A stretch of 59,563 nucleotides of DNA, counting the filler, from Rhizaria sp. SCN 62-66 (lineage: Eukaryota), in NCBI GenBank assembly GCA_001724265.1. It is 2 parts of 2 records of this genome, joined end to end, with 100 filler letters (N's around TTAATTAATTAA, not from the genome) between each part and the next. Parts side by side here need not be neighbours in the genome. Positions count along the whole stretch, not along the records: positions 1 to 29,845 come from MEDY01000376.1; 1 more part is not named here. One strand, 5' to 3'. The notes under the pieces were generated by a model. The model was not told where the DNA came from. It saw nothing but the letters and a program-made list of their open reading frames with translations, and searched no databases. Positions 1 to 11,600 of this stretch are shown in pieces. The translations under genes were made by a program, and so were the position numbers. Position 1 is the first letter of the stretch. Each line of letters starts with the position of its first letter.

Positions 1-1
1 C

Positions 2-142
2 CTCGGCTACCACCTGGTCGAGATCAAGCCCCAGATGATGGGCCACTACCTCGGCGAGTTCTCCCTCACCTACACCCCCGTCCGCCACGGTGGCAAGGCT
101 GCCTCGTCCACCGCTGTCCAGAAGTTCATCGACCTCAAGTAA
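2..142 (+). CDS. RPS15: 40S ribosomal protein S15 (uS19), 3' end only
   Basis: Frame from nt 2 reads [46 protein letters not shown] then TAA (140-142). This matches the eukaryotic uS19 C-terminal motif [25 protein letters not shown]. Strong C-ending codon bias. Not in the ORF track. Confidence 0.95.
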   Translation, partial: LGYHLVEIKPQMMGHYLGEFSLTYTPVRHGGKAASSTAVQKFIDLK

Positions 143-809
143 GTGCGATGCTCTTTCTCTAACACAGCAAAAGCAACAACTACAAGCCATGCTGCGTTTT
201 GCCGCTGCTGCTGTTGTCGTCGCTTTAACGATGACGATGACGGCGGGCGAGGTGCCGTGTGGTTTGGGATCAACTTCTACAGCTAACGTCTAATACAATC
301 AAAACCCTTCAAAACCTTCCTTCATGTTACTAGCCTCCCGGCACTGCGCTGAGTGCCACATTGAACACGCTTCGTTGTGAAACCTAGTTCTATAGTGAAA
401 TTAAGATATAATTAAGGCATATATCATGTTATTACGTCGTCTGCCCATAAATAGAGTGACGAACAGAGCTATTACGAGTGACGCTGCGCGATATGAGAGC
501 CATTCCACCACAAACGCTTTTTGTTGTCGAGTGTTGTGTTCGAGAGATTCGTGCGGCAGCCGAAGCAGGTCTGTATCGCCACGGTCGAATCGTCATTCGG
601 TGTGATTTCTTGTTATACTACTGCTTTCGTGTATTTCTGTAAAATATATTCTTTACGCGCCTTGAGGAACACTCTATCCTCGCTTTTTTTCTCGCACTCG
701 GATTCTGGGAACCTCTCACTTTGTCCGAACTCCGCTCTCTTTTCGCCCTCTTGCTATGCCTATGTCTCTAGTCAAACTCGTTCCAAGGGTCTATCTCGAT
801 TACGCCTTT

Positions 810-3800
810 ATGTCATCTGACGGCCCCCAAGGCGCCGCGGGCTCTTCCAGCACTTCCAAGGCTCCTCTCGCGGCCTCCTCGTTCCCTCCCGGGCTCGTTC
901 AAGCCACTTTGCTGCCTTATGTGCCTGCGATCACCCACAGCTCAACCGTAATCACCTCTCCAGCAAATGCTACATCTGCAGCAGCGCCGGCTGTGACAGT
1001 AACAGCTGTGCCTGTTGTCGCACTTGCTTCTGCACCTGCGACAGCTCCTTCGACCACTGCCCTCGTCAAAAGCGCAGTCGCTGCTGTAAGCAACACCGCC
1101 ACTCCCGCCGATGCCGCAATTGCTGCTGCGGCAACGGCTGCAACCAAAGGCAACAACAGTACGAGCGCCCCCGCGGGATCTAGCGGCAGCGCGGCCCCTG
1201 CGAAGCCCAAAAAGCGCAATACTCGCGGTAAAGAAGACTTCATCGCTGGCTCGTTCGCAGGCGCCGTGGCACGCTTCATCGTTTCCCCGCTCGATATGCT
1301 CAAAATCCGCTTTCAACTGCAGACGACGACGGGCGACACGCGCAAGTATCGCTCCCTGCGCTCCGCCGCGGCCACCGTGCTGCGGGAAGAAGGCCTCCGC
1401 GCGTTCTGGAAGGGCAACCTGCTCGCAACGTGCATGATTGCGCCGTACTCTGCGACAACGTTCATGGTGAACCAGCAGATCAAGGCTATGTTCCTCGAAT
1501 CGAACCGCACGCCGCACCCCGTGTTCTCACTTTTCTCAGGCGGCGCGGCCGGTGCCGCGGGCGTTGCAGTGACATATCCTCTCGATTTGCTCCGTACTCG
1601 TTTCGCAGCGCAGCACGGCTCTAAGGTACTTGTATGACATGTTTGAATATAATCACTGTATTGACGCGAAATGTGATGGTAGAACTTGAAAAATACGTAA
1701 GATTGTGCAATTATTGAGATAGTATTTGTTAATTTGTGATTAAACTCTTGCACCCTGCCACTGATCGAACTTTTTCTTTTTCTCCTGAACTTCGATCTCA
1801 AACGCAATATGTAGGGCTATGAGAGTATATTCGCTGCAGTACGGTCCATTCTCCGCCAGAGCGGCGTCAAGGGCTTTTACGACGGCCTCCGCCCCGCTCT
1901 TGTCGGTATCGTGCCGTATATGGGAGTGCAGTTCGCCCTTTTCGACGCCACGAAGAAGTTCCTCCAGGCCAACCACGACACGCTCGTCGACGCTCTCGCG
2001 CGCACACGTCTGCGCGGCGACTCTGCGCGCGTGCTGGCCTTCGTCTCTGAGCAAACCAAGGAGCTCACTGTTGCCGCCCGCGCGCGCATCGAGGCGGAAG
2101 GGCGGAAGATCCGTGAAGCCGAGGTTTTGCATGACGCGGAGAAGCACAATGCGGCCGCGGCGGCGCGCGCGAAACAGGACGACGAGGCAGCCGAGCGCGA
2201 GGCTGCGGCGGAGCGCGCGCGCAGCAAGAAGGCTGAGATCATCGCGTTTGGCCGCAACACCAAGAGCGGTGCTGCTGAGACGGATGACCCTGCTGATGTG
2301 TTCGGTACCTTCAACGACACAGCCGCCGACTCTGCAACTGCTACTGCGAGTGGGAGTGTGAGTGAGGATGGGAAGAAGAGGAAGAAGACGCGCAAGTGGC
2401 TCCGTCTTAGCGCTGAGGAGGACGCCGACGCTTCGAAGACTGCGTCTGGTTCCAGCTCGAGTTTCGAAGACAAGCCGCCTCTCAGCCGCTTAGATCGCGT
2501 GCTTGCCGAGGCCCGTGACGCCGCCGCGCTTGCTGCGATGCAAGAGCGTGAGGGCGAGGGCGAGTTTTCCACATCTCTCATCTCTAGCAGTCCAACCGGC
2601 ACCAGCAGCAACAGCAGTGCTTCAAGTGGCACTCACATTGCTGATTTCACGTTGTCCCCTTTCGACGGCAACAGGGACAACACCTCTGCATCGACGGCGT
2701 CGTCGACAAGAATCGTGACTGACTTCAACAACAACAACCCCGACGCTGATGTCGCGCTCGACGGCAGCACGGGCGACGAAGAGGCCGCGTTGCTGCAGCA
2801 GCTCACCGACGCCGACGCCGCCCTGCGTGCGCGCGGGATTCAGACTGGCGAGACGCCGCGCTCCCTCCGCCGGCGCGCGCGCGAAGTGATCGCCGGCACG
2901 CGCATCCAGGTGCGGCGCGCGCTCGCGGGCGACGTGGGCCGCGCCGGTGAGGGCGAGGACGTCGAGCTCGCCAATGTCGACCGGTCGGAGGCAGGGAACG
3001 TCGTGCCCAATGCGGCCGGGTTGGCGCTCGAGGGCAAGGGTGCTGCGGTGGAAAAGTTCACGCGTGTGTTCCGCGACGGATACGGCCGCGATGACACCTC
3101 TGGCTCTGCCACGACTGCTGAAAACAACAATAACAACAAGAACAACAACAGCAGTGGTAGCATTGACAGTGGCAAGAACAACAGCGCAGACAACAGTACT
3201 GATATCCTGAGCGACCGGGGGAGCGCTGTTACGGAAGCGCTCACGTCGGTCGACGCCGGGCTTGCCAAGGCGACAAGCAAGGCCAAACTGTTGGCGAGCG
3301 AGGCTGCTGCCAAGGCCGGCGACAAGGTCAGTGACAAGGTTGCACAGCTTCAGTCCAAGAAAGAGCAGCTCGACGCTGCCGCGAAGGAGCAGAAGGAGCG
3401 CCAAGTTAAGCCGCCCGGTTTCCTTGCGCGCCGCTACGATGCCTTTATCGAGGGCCTGCGCGGCAGTACTGGTTACATGACTGCAGTTGCCGGTCTCGTT
3501 GCAGGCGCCGGTGGCAAGTTCGTAACTTTCCCGTTCGATGTCATCAAGAAGCGCTTCCAAGTTGCCACGTTTGAGCACGCAAACGCGCATTTCGTCGCCG
3601 GCAACAGCGGCGCCAATGCGACCAACGCGACCGCGAGCGCGGGCGCCGGTGCCGGTGCCGCTGCTGCCGCTGCTGCGAGCGAGAAGATGACGATTGCGAG
3701 CTGTGCGCGCCGTATTGTACGTGCGGAAGGTATTCGCGGCCTGTTCAAGGGCATTGTGCCTGCCGTGCTTAAGAGCGGGCCCAGCGCTGCGATTACCTTC

Positions 3801-3887
3801 AGTATCTACGAGATTAGCATCCACTTCCTCACGAAGGATACGATTGGTGGCAAGGGCAAGGGCGTTGCTGACTCGAAGCTGCACTAA
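810..3887 (+). CDS. Mitochondrial carrier (SLC25), thiamine pyrophosphate carrier-like; exons 810-1625 and 1815-3887, ~962 aa
   Basis: Three carrier signatures: PLDMLKIRFQ, PLDLLRTRF, PFDVIKKRFQ. FIAGSFAGAVARFIVSPLDMLKIRFQLQ resembles TPC1/SLC25A19. Phase-0 intron 1626-1814 (GTACTT...TAG) joins the two ORFs. Stop TAA. The start could be ATG 756. Confidence 0.9.
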
Positions 3888-4565
3888 GCAGTTTCTCATT
3901 CAAGTTTGTTTGCCTACGTTAAGGATAAGATCAGTGGCAATTGTGAGTGTGCGAGTGAGCACAGAAGAGCTGAGTATGTTTTCATCAGATGTGTGATATG
4001 TTGTAACAACGATGATGTGAACTTATGTGGCACTAGTGTTGCGTATTTATGAGTGCTGTAAACGGTGGTCTTTTTATTGAACTCTCGGACTTATACTGAA
4101 GTCGTGCCCAAATAGCGTGATCTCAACTTGTTATCGTTTTGCCATTTTGTACCTCCTTATTTATGTGAGACACGCACAACAATACAAACAAAAGCGTGTA
4201 TTTTTCTCATCGCGAAAGTTCCACTTTGATTGCATCGCTTGAGGTGGGTTGAAAAAGAATATTAGGAAGCCAATCCGTTGAAGCTTAACAGATTTTCGTA
4301 GATATAACTCATTCTTCGCAAGAATGACAACGTTATGCAACTTTCTTTGTTGCTTAGTTTGAGTACCTTTTTGAGAGACATCTGTGTCTGCGTAAAACAA
4401 TTAGTAACCAGTCGCGTGACGAAAGTACCGTCGCATCTCATGACAGCGGCCAGTGCAGAATAATAAGCGCATACTACTGCACAGCACAACAAACATCATG
4501 TGCAAAAAGGATCTCAAACACAAACACAACAAAAAGTGGGAAACGCGGCGGCAGCAGAGTCGGAG

Positions 4566-4592
4566 CATCATCATCATCATCATCATCATCAT
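4566..4592. repeat. (CAT)9 microsatellite, intergenic
   Basis: Nine perfect CAT units read directly. Confidence 0.9.
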
Positions 4593-5012
4593 CCCAAGGA
4601 TGACTCGCAGCGACGCATTGCATCAGCAACACAACATAGCACCGTTATTCTAGACGTGTTGTTGACTAATGCAGCGATGCTAAGAGGCTTCCCAAGAGAT
4701 GAAGAGGCAGCGACGTGGTTCCTGCTGAAACAAACATGAATGGATAAAATGACTCAGAGCAAACACAATCAACCAAACAAAGACAAAAGAAAAATTAAAA
4801 AAAAATATATTAAAATAGTCCGAAAGGAAGAGCTTTAAACACAGAAAGCATGCATGCTAAACAGCAAGAGCACTTCGCACTGTCATAGACGATGACACAG
4901 CTTCTTAGATATCCAAGCTCGTTCGAGAAATTTGTTTCCGCCTCGACAAAACAGTTCAGTTCTTCCTGAGCCGTCGTTTTCGCTGGCGTGACCGCGCTAG
5001 CGAGCGCGCGCC

Positions 5013-6527
5013 TTAGTTGAACTGTCCGGGGGGCAGAATCGGGTAGTTGCTCGTGATATGCTTGCGGTAAAAGTCAATCTGGAAGGCGAGATACTGCATC
5101 GTCGACGAGCGCTCGGACGGCGTAAGAAATGGCACCGTCGTCAGCTTCAACGTATCGTCCTTGACGCCAACATCCTTCAACGGCGGCAGCTCGCCCGCGC
5201 CGCGGCGCGCTGTGAGGTTGGGGAGTTCGCTGCCAGTGGCAGTGGGACGGTAGTGCAGTGTGTCGAGGCGGACGCGCGCCCAGTGGACCGCGCCGGCGGC
5301 CGGGATCGGCGCGTAGGCCGTCACGGTGGCGTTGAGGTGCGCCAGTCCGTCGGGCTCGACCGTGGGCGTGATGCGCGTGCCAAACTGCTGCGCTGTGGTG
5401 TAAAGCTTGTTGTTCTCGCTCAGGATGCCGGAGCGGGTCTTGGCCTGCCACTCGGGCTCCGCGACCTCAGACTTGCGGTACTGGCCCGCCGTGGGGGACA
5501 GACGATGAAAGCCGGAGAGGTAGCGCATGCGGCGCATGATGGCGCCGTCCTCGGCGCCGAGCCCCCACAGCGTGTTAGGGTAACCCTGGGTCTTGAAGAA
5601 GACGGAGATGTTTGCGGCGAACGCGCCGCCGAAGCAGTGGCCCTGCGGGAGGTAGTAGGTGTTGGACTTGCCGAGCTGCGGCTCGCCCTTGGGCACCGCG
5701 CCAGCGTCGGCCACGTAGTAGTGGACGGGCACGCCGCCGGGGCCGAGGTCGTAGGTGTTGAGGTCCGAGGCAGGGAGGTAACGCGGGTCGTGGATGACGA
5801 TGTAGTCGTAGCCCCAGTCAGCGGCGAGTTTGGCGCCGGCGTTGGCGAGCGCGCCGCGGTTGATGGCGACGTCGTAGCTGTCCTGTTGCACGGCCAAAAT
5901 GGCGAAATCGCGCCCGCGGAGCTTGCCGGCCTTAGTGAGATGCGCGTCGAGCTGCTTGAGGAACGGGGAAATGACTGTGGTGAGCTCGGTTGTGTCCGTG
6001 TCGCTGGCTTCAGCGTAGGGAACAATAACGAGCATCTTGCCGTTGGGCGCCTGAGCGTTGTAGGCCTTATGCGCGAGCGTGACGGCGGGGTGCTGCGGCG
6101 ACAACGATGCGGCGACGTCGAGGGGTAGCGTGAGAGCCTTGGGGGAGAAGTCGAGCTTGCGGGACTTCTCAGCCGTGGCGCTGGAACCAACGTCGGTCAT
6201 GCGGGTAAGCAGCTCGGTCGCGGCAGGGGCCAGCTAGACATTGTGCGTGGCCGCCATCGCGGGGGACATTTTGAACGCGGCAGGAGTGAGGAGGGTGGAG
6301 TAGCGCTCGAGGGCCTCAGCGCTGGGCTTCTGGTTCTCGCGGATCCTCTGCGCGTCCTGCGCGCGTGCCTCTGCGGCGATGAGGACGAGATCGGCGGAAG
6401 GAAGTTTCTTGGCAAGATTGCTCGCCTGGGCGTGAACGGTGCAGTCGGGGAACTGGGCTGCGAGAGCGGCCAGCAGTAAGCACACTACCGACACACGGAG
6501 CGACGGGAAAGCGCGGAATACGAACAT
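5013..6527 (-). CDS. Glycosyltransferase family 7 (B4GALT-like), type II membrane protein, 504 aa, with one in-frame TAG (6234-6236)
   Basis: GT7 motifs VIVPY, NRGALAN, YDYIVIHD, FGGAFA, GYPNTLWGLGAEDG. Upstream ORF 6234-6527 carries the N-terminal hydrophobic anchor (SVVCLLLAALAA) and is in the same frame, separated only by TAG (..HNV*LAPAATELLTRMTDV..). Stop TAA. Confidence 0.85.
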
Positions 6528-6960
6528 TATACTTCAAGGGGGTGGCAAAATTAAAACGCAAACGCAATATGCGCTCAGTCTTAAATTGGGTTTGCTGTTC
6601 CACAAAGTTAGTTGCGACACAATTGCGGAGAAAATCAACCTGCAATGAGGTCCTTCGAACAGGCAAAGTTAAACGGACTAATTGGTTGCTCACGGTCACT
6701 ATGACCGTGGGCCGAGAGCGGGTTGAGACTGGGACTGACGGAAGATGAACGAGGGCGATGTTTCGCAAGCTAAATACGGGCGCTGCATGCGCGTGTTTTA
6801 GCGCATGATTTTTGTAATAGAGTGCCAGTGTGTATTTGTATTGCGGATAATCTTTACTTTTGCTGTTAACGTCGGGCATCCGTGCGAACAAGCCCTGTGA
6901 CTTGCCCTCACCTCACCTCGCCCACCATCCTTGTGTCTCTCTCCCTGCGCGCCTCAGAAG

Positions 6961-7729
6961 ATGAGCTTGGTTGCTAAGGCTCTTGGCAGTGTCGGTGCCC
7001 TTGCCGTCGGTGGCCCCATCATCCACACCATCACCCAGGACGTACGTCTCTCCCTCCTAATGCCCCCTGCAGGCCTTGAACAATTGCCTCTTTGCTAGAC
7101 TCCAACGCCTTGCTTGTGTCTTGCTCCCGCCACACTCTCCTGCTCTACAACTACGCTCTCTTGCTCTGCAACCGTGCAATCACATTACTACATATGCTAA
7201 ATATGCCATCCTCTGTTTTCCCATGCTACCTTTGCGTTTTCGTCACTAACTGTAGGTTGCCGCGCGCGCCTTCCACAAGGACATCCCCGCGGCCGGCGAC
7301 CCCTACCCCAACCCCGTCATGTCCATCCTCCGCGGCGCCCCCACCAACACGTCCCTTTTCGGCGTCATCGCCTTTGGCGCCGTCTTTGGTGCGGGCACGC
7401 TGTACGCGCGCGTCGGCCTCCTCAGCGGTCTGCACCGCCAGCTCAAGCACGTCGAGCTGTGGCAGGGCCGTGCCGAGCCCCCCAAGATCACCACCTTCAA
7501 GGGCCTGCTCGTCGACTTCACCCCCACCGTCACCGTGTGGGCGCTCGCTGCGCTCGCCGCCGTGGCGCCCGCGTCTATCGCGAAGGCGTACGTCGACGGC
7601 CCCGGCCGCTTCGCCAACTTCGCCTCGTACAAGGGCAACCCCTACCGCGCGCAGCTCGCGGCCGCCAAGGAGATGGAGGCGGCCAAGGCGGCCGGTGCCG
7701 CTGCCGCCGCGGCGTCCTCGCACCACTAA
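6961..7729 (+). CDS. Uncharacterised small membrane protein, 184 aa; exons 6961-7041 and 7256-7729
   Basis: ATG 6961 starts MSLVAKALGSVGALAVGGPIIHTITQD. Intron 7042-7255 (GTACGT...TAG), phase 0, joins ORF 7319-7729. Ribosomal-protein-like codon bias, hydrophobic segments, stop TAA. Confidence 0.8.
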
Positions 7730-8659
7730 GCGCCAGGACGGCCTGCAGTGACGCGAGAATGCTCGAGGTTGTGAGCGTGATGGCGCGTTCACTCTCTGCT
7801 CTGGCTATGAAAAGCTCGTGACATGAGAGTTATTTTACGACGATAATATAGGCGACGATTAGTGGATGCGTGCTTTTGCTGAGAGTATGGCAGCAAGGGC
7901 ACTTACATAACATATTTTATTGATTGTTTGCGCCTGTGTGTGAGAGCTGACTGATTATAGATCGGCACATATGAGCCTTGCTGTGAACATGTTTCGTGAG
8001 AAGAACACACTTGAAACAGTGGGGACTATCGTGCCTTGTTTCCATCAGCAACGAACGCATACGCAAGCAAGCAAACAACTACATCAAGCAAACAAACAAA
8101 ACCCCAACAAAAAAGAAAAACTTATTTCAATATGAGCGCCCAGGACCGGCGGCGTAGACAGGACTCGTTTTCCGCTGTGCTGTTGCGGGGTTGGGCGTTT
8201 CAGTGTATCTGTACGACTTATTATTACATGACAACACGTTACAATACAACATTTTATTTTGTAATCACAGCCTTCCTGTGTAACTTGATTTCAGTCTGTC
8301 GCGTGTGCTCTTTGGTACTTAATAGCAAGCTTTTCACGTGAAATCCGTCACCCGTTGGCAAGTTGTGGTGCAGCTGTTGTACGAGTCGCGTGTTGAGACT
8401 TTGACGATGCATATGTCACTATTCTGATCGACAGCTCTTCTGTAATACGACCCTATGCTGTATTTAAACAGCGTTAACTGTGTGTGTTTATTAAATTCAA
8501 AGTTGACTCTTTAGAAGCAGGCATTGCCTCTTTCCTCACAGACTGCCTATTGCATTCAACGAACACTTTCTCTTTGTGTAGCCACCCTGCTCGTCAGCGT
8601 CCATTTCTTCACCAGCTGTCCGTCGATCCTGCCTTTTACGTGCTCTTTACTGGGCGGCG

Positions 8660-11600
8660 ATGCTCGCCAACAGTTGCAACAACAACTATAGCAGCAGCGA
8701 TGACAATGAGGATGACGAGGGCGACTGGACGGAGGATCAGTCCCCCACTGCACTCGCGCTCTCACCGTCACAGCGCTCGCCACAATCACGTTCATCGCCG
8801 GTATCATCTCGGCGGTCACTGACGTCGCTGCTCCGCCACTGGCACGGGCGGCGTTTGCTGGTCCTGGCGGTTGCGCTCTGCGTTGTCACTGCTGGGTGTG
8901 TCACGATCGCGCCTGCCGCCACTCGCTCAGTCGCGACTGCCGTCTCTGAGTCGTCCGCGTCGTTGTTGTCACTGTTGCCGCTCGCGTCGGCAGTAGATAG
9001 GAGCAAACTCGTCGTGCTGCGCGCGATCACGCCGCCGATTGGCAGTGACTCGGAGAACAGCGGCAGCGACGCTGGCGACAGCGGCAGTGACCGCGACCGA
9101 AACGGCAGTGCCTCTCCCGGACCACCCTCGTCAAAGCAGTCGAGACAAGGGCAGCACCAAGTCCAAGAGCATGAACCTCTAGCAAAACCTCGCATCCGCA
9201 CGTCACTAAGCTCTGACTCTGACGCCGCAGAGACTGGCAGTGCGCTTGTTACGGTCGCAGACCTGGCTGAGTACCGCCACGTCCCAGCCTCATTCTTCCA
9301 CCACGGCTCTGCTGGCGCCGCGAGCTCTGGCGCTGTTAGCAGTAAGACGCAGACCATCCCTTTCGTATCTTCAAAGTCACCGTTTGTGGTGCTCTTGGGT
9401 CCTTTGGAAACCTGCGGCCTCTGCGATGCAATCCCCATTGACTCCTCTGACACAAACGTAAACGCCAACTCTAAAAGCACTGGTCGCGGGCGTAGCTCTG
9501 GGTTTCATGTGCCGAAAGATGGCAACGGGTGCTTTGCGCCCCCGCAGCCTCGTTCAAACCCTTACATCATCCTGCCCCCTCCGTCTGCTGATGCTTTTGC
9601 GGGAACACAAGGAACACCTGGATCACGCACTCCTACGGGTGACCGTGAGCAGCTATTGGAGCACGGCTTGCCGCTATACTGGCATTCGCACGACGGCGTT
9701 TCCCGCTACCGTCCATATACTCTGCAGCAGCATCAAAGCACGAACATTTACATGACCACAAACACTGGAACTGAATCTGACTCGGATAACGAGAGCGACA
9801 GTGTGCAAACGCCAGCCGCCGTTGCCACAGGAGCTCTTGGTAGCGCGGTTGCCGCCACCAGCCCTGGTGCGGAAAGCAGCTCGAGTAGCAGCCACACGTT
9901 CGCGCCGCCGAGCGCGCCGCTGCCGCCGTTTCACTGCCGGCACTGCCTCGGCGGCCCGGTCTGCGCCCCCACGGCCGCCGAGGCCGCCGCACACGCAGCG
10001 AAAGCGACGCTCTTGTCGAAACCCACCCCGCACGGCCGCCGTCCCTCGGCCCGCCTTGCGCGCGTCCAAGCCATGGCCGCACAGGCACAGGAATTACTGC
10101 AATCACAGTCAACATCAGGTGCTATGCAGCCATCACGGCCGTTGCGGTCACCATGGCAGTCAATCACGGGTCTCCGCTACCCCGTCGCTGACTGCGTGGA
10201 GCCCATTGACGCCGTGTACACCTGGGTCAACGGTTCCGATGCCACAGTCGCCGCGGCTAAAGAGCGCGCACTTCATGCCTTAGAGTCCTGGGTCGCCCCG
10301 GTGGCTGGAGCGGCGGCGCCGGCGCCTGACCTGCACTCGCTGGAAGACAACCGGTTCCGTGACTTGGGTGAGCTGCGGTACTCGATGCGCTCTCTGCTCA
10401 AGAACGCACCCTGGTTTCGCCACATCTACTTGGTGACAAGTGGCGAAACGCCCACGTGGCTTAACTTATCGCACCCGGCAATCAGGGTGATTCCGCATAA
10501 AGATATATTCCTGCGGCCAGAGAGCAATGCACCTTCTTTCTCGTCAAGCGCGATCGAGTCGGCGCTGCACCGCATTCCGGGCCTTTCTGACAACTTCGTT
10601 TACGTCAACGACGACGTGTTTTTTGCTTTGCCGACGAAGCAAGGCGAGTTCTGGTCCCCTCGCCACGGCCTCCGCGTCGAGCGTACGCACGCCGAGCTCA
10701 CGCAGTGCGCGGCAGGCTGTGATACCGCATTCATTGGCGACGGTATCTGTCAGCCAGCGTGCATGGCCGAGGCGTGTGAGTGGGATCTTGGCGACTGCGA
10801 GCGCAACTACCTCCGCGCGCCCGCTCCCTGGGAGGTGTATGACATGTTGCTGGCGCTCGCCACGCCGGACGCAGGCGTGATTGCATCCCACGCACCGTCA
10901 ACCTCGAGCGTTAATGCAAAGGGTGCTGGCTCTAGCTCCGGTGTCACTGGTAACGCTAATGTTGCTGCTGCTGTTGCTGCTACTCTTGCTGCTTTTGGTG
11001 CGAATGGGATGAAGCGTTGGACGCGCATTAGTGACCGGCCGCGGCTGCCGCTGGCTCCCGTCAGCAGCGCTGAGCTCCAGTGGTCGACACTTCCGCTAGA
11101 CAGCGCAAACTCTACCACTTACACTCTCAGCGGCAGACCGATTAGTAACGGCAAAAACGGCACGAGTGGCGGTAACTCCAGTCTATTGCTGGAGGCTGTT
11201 ACGGGAAGCTATGCCCCGTTTTACAGTGCGACAGGCTTTCTCCGCGGCAGTTTCCCGCATCACAACAAGCTCAGGCGCTCTGCTGCTGCAAAGAACAACA
11301 ATGATAACTCTCAGAACGGCAAGGTCCACACAAGCGGTCTCCCTCATGTTTCGGACGATACCCGCGATAGCTCACCGCCTCGCACTGCGGCGCAGACACG
11401 GCATCGCGCGCATCCGCTGCTGCGGCGGCTAGCGTTTGCGGGCGCGCGCGAGATCGCTCTGCTGTTGAACGCACCGCCGGCGTCGTTTGCGGCGCATTGG
11501 GCGGCGGGGTACTTAGACCCTATGTCCATGCCTTTACATCTGCGCAAGCAGTATATGGAGCTGGAAATGAACGAGGCCGATGAGGCGTCGAAGGAATACT

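Noticed and set aside
4401-4739. Poly-His, poly-Met and poly-Ile short ORFs
   Set aside because: By-products of a (CAT)9 microsatellite between convergent genes, in UTR-like sequence.
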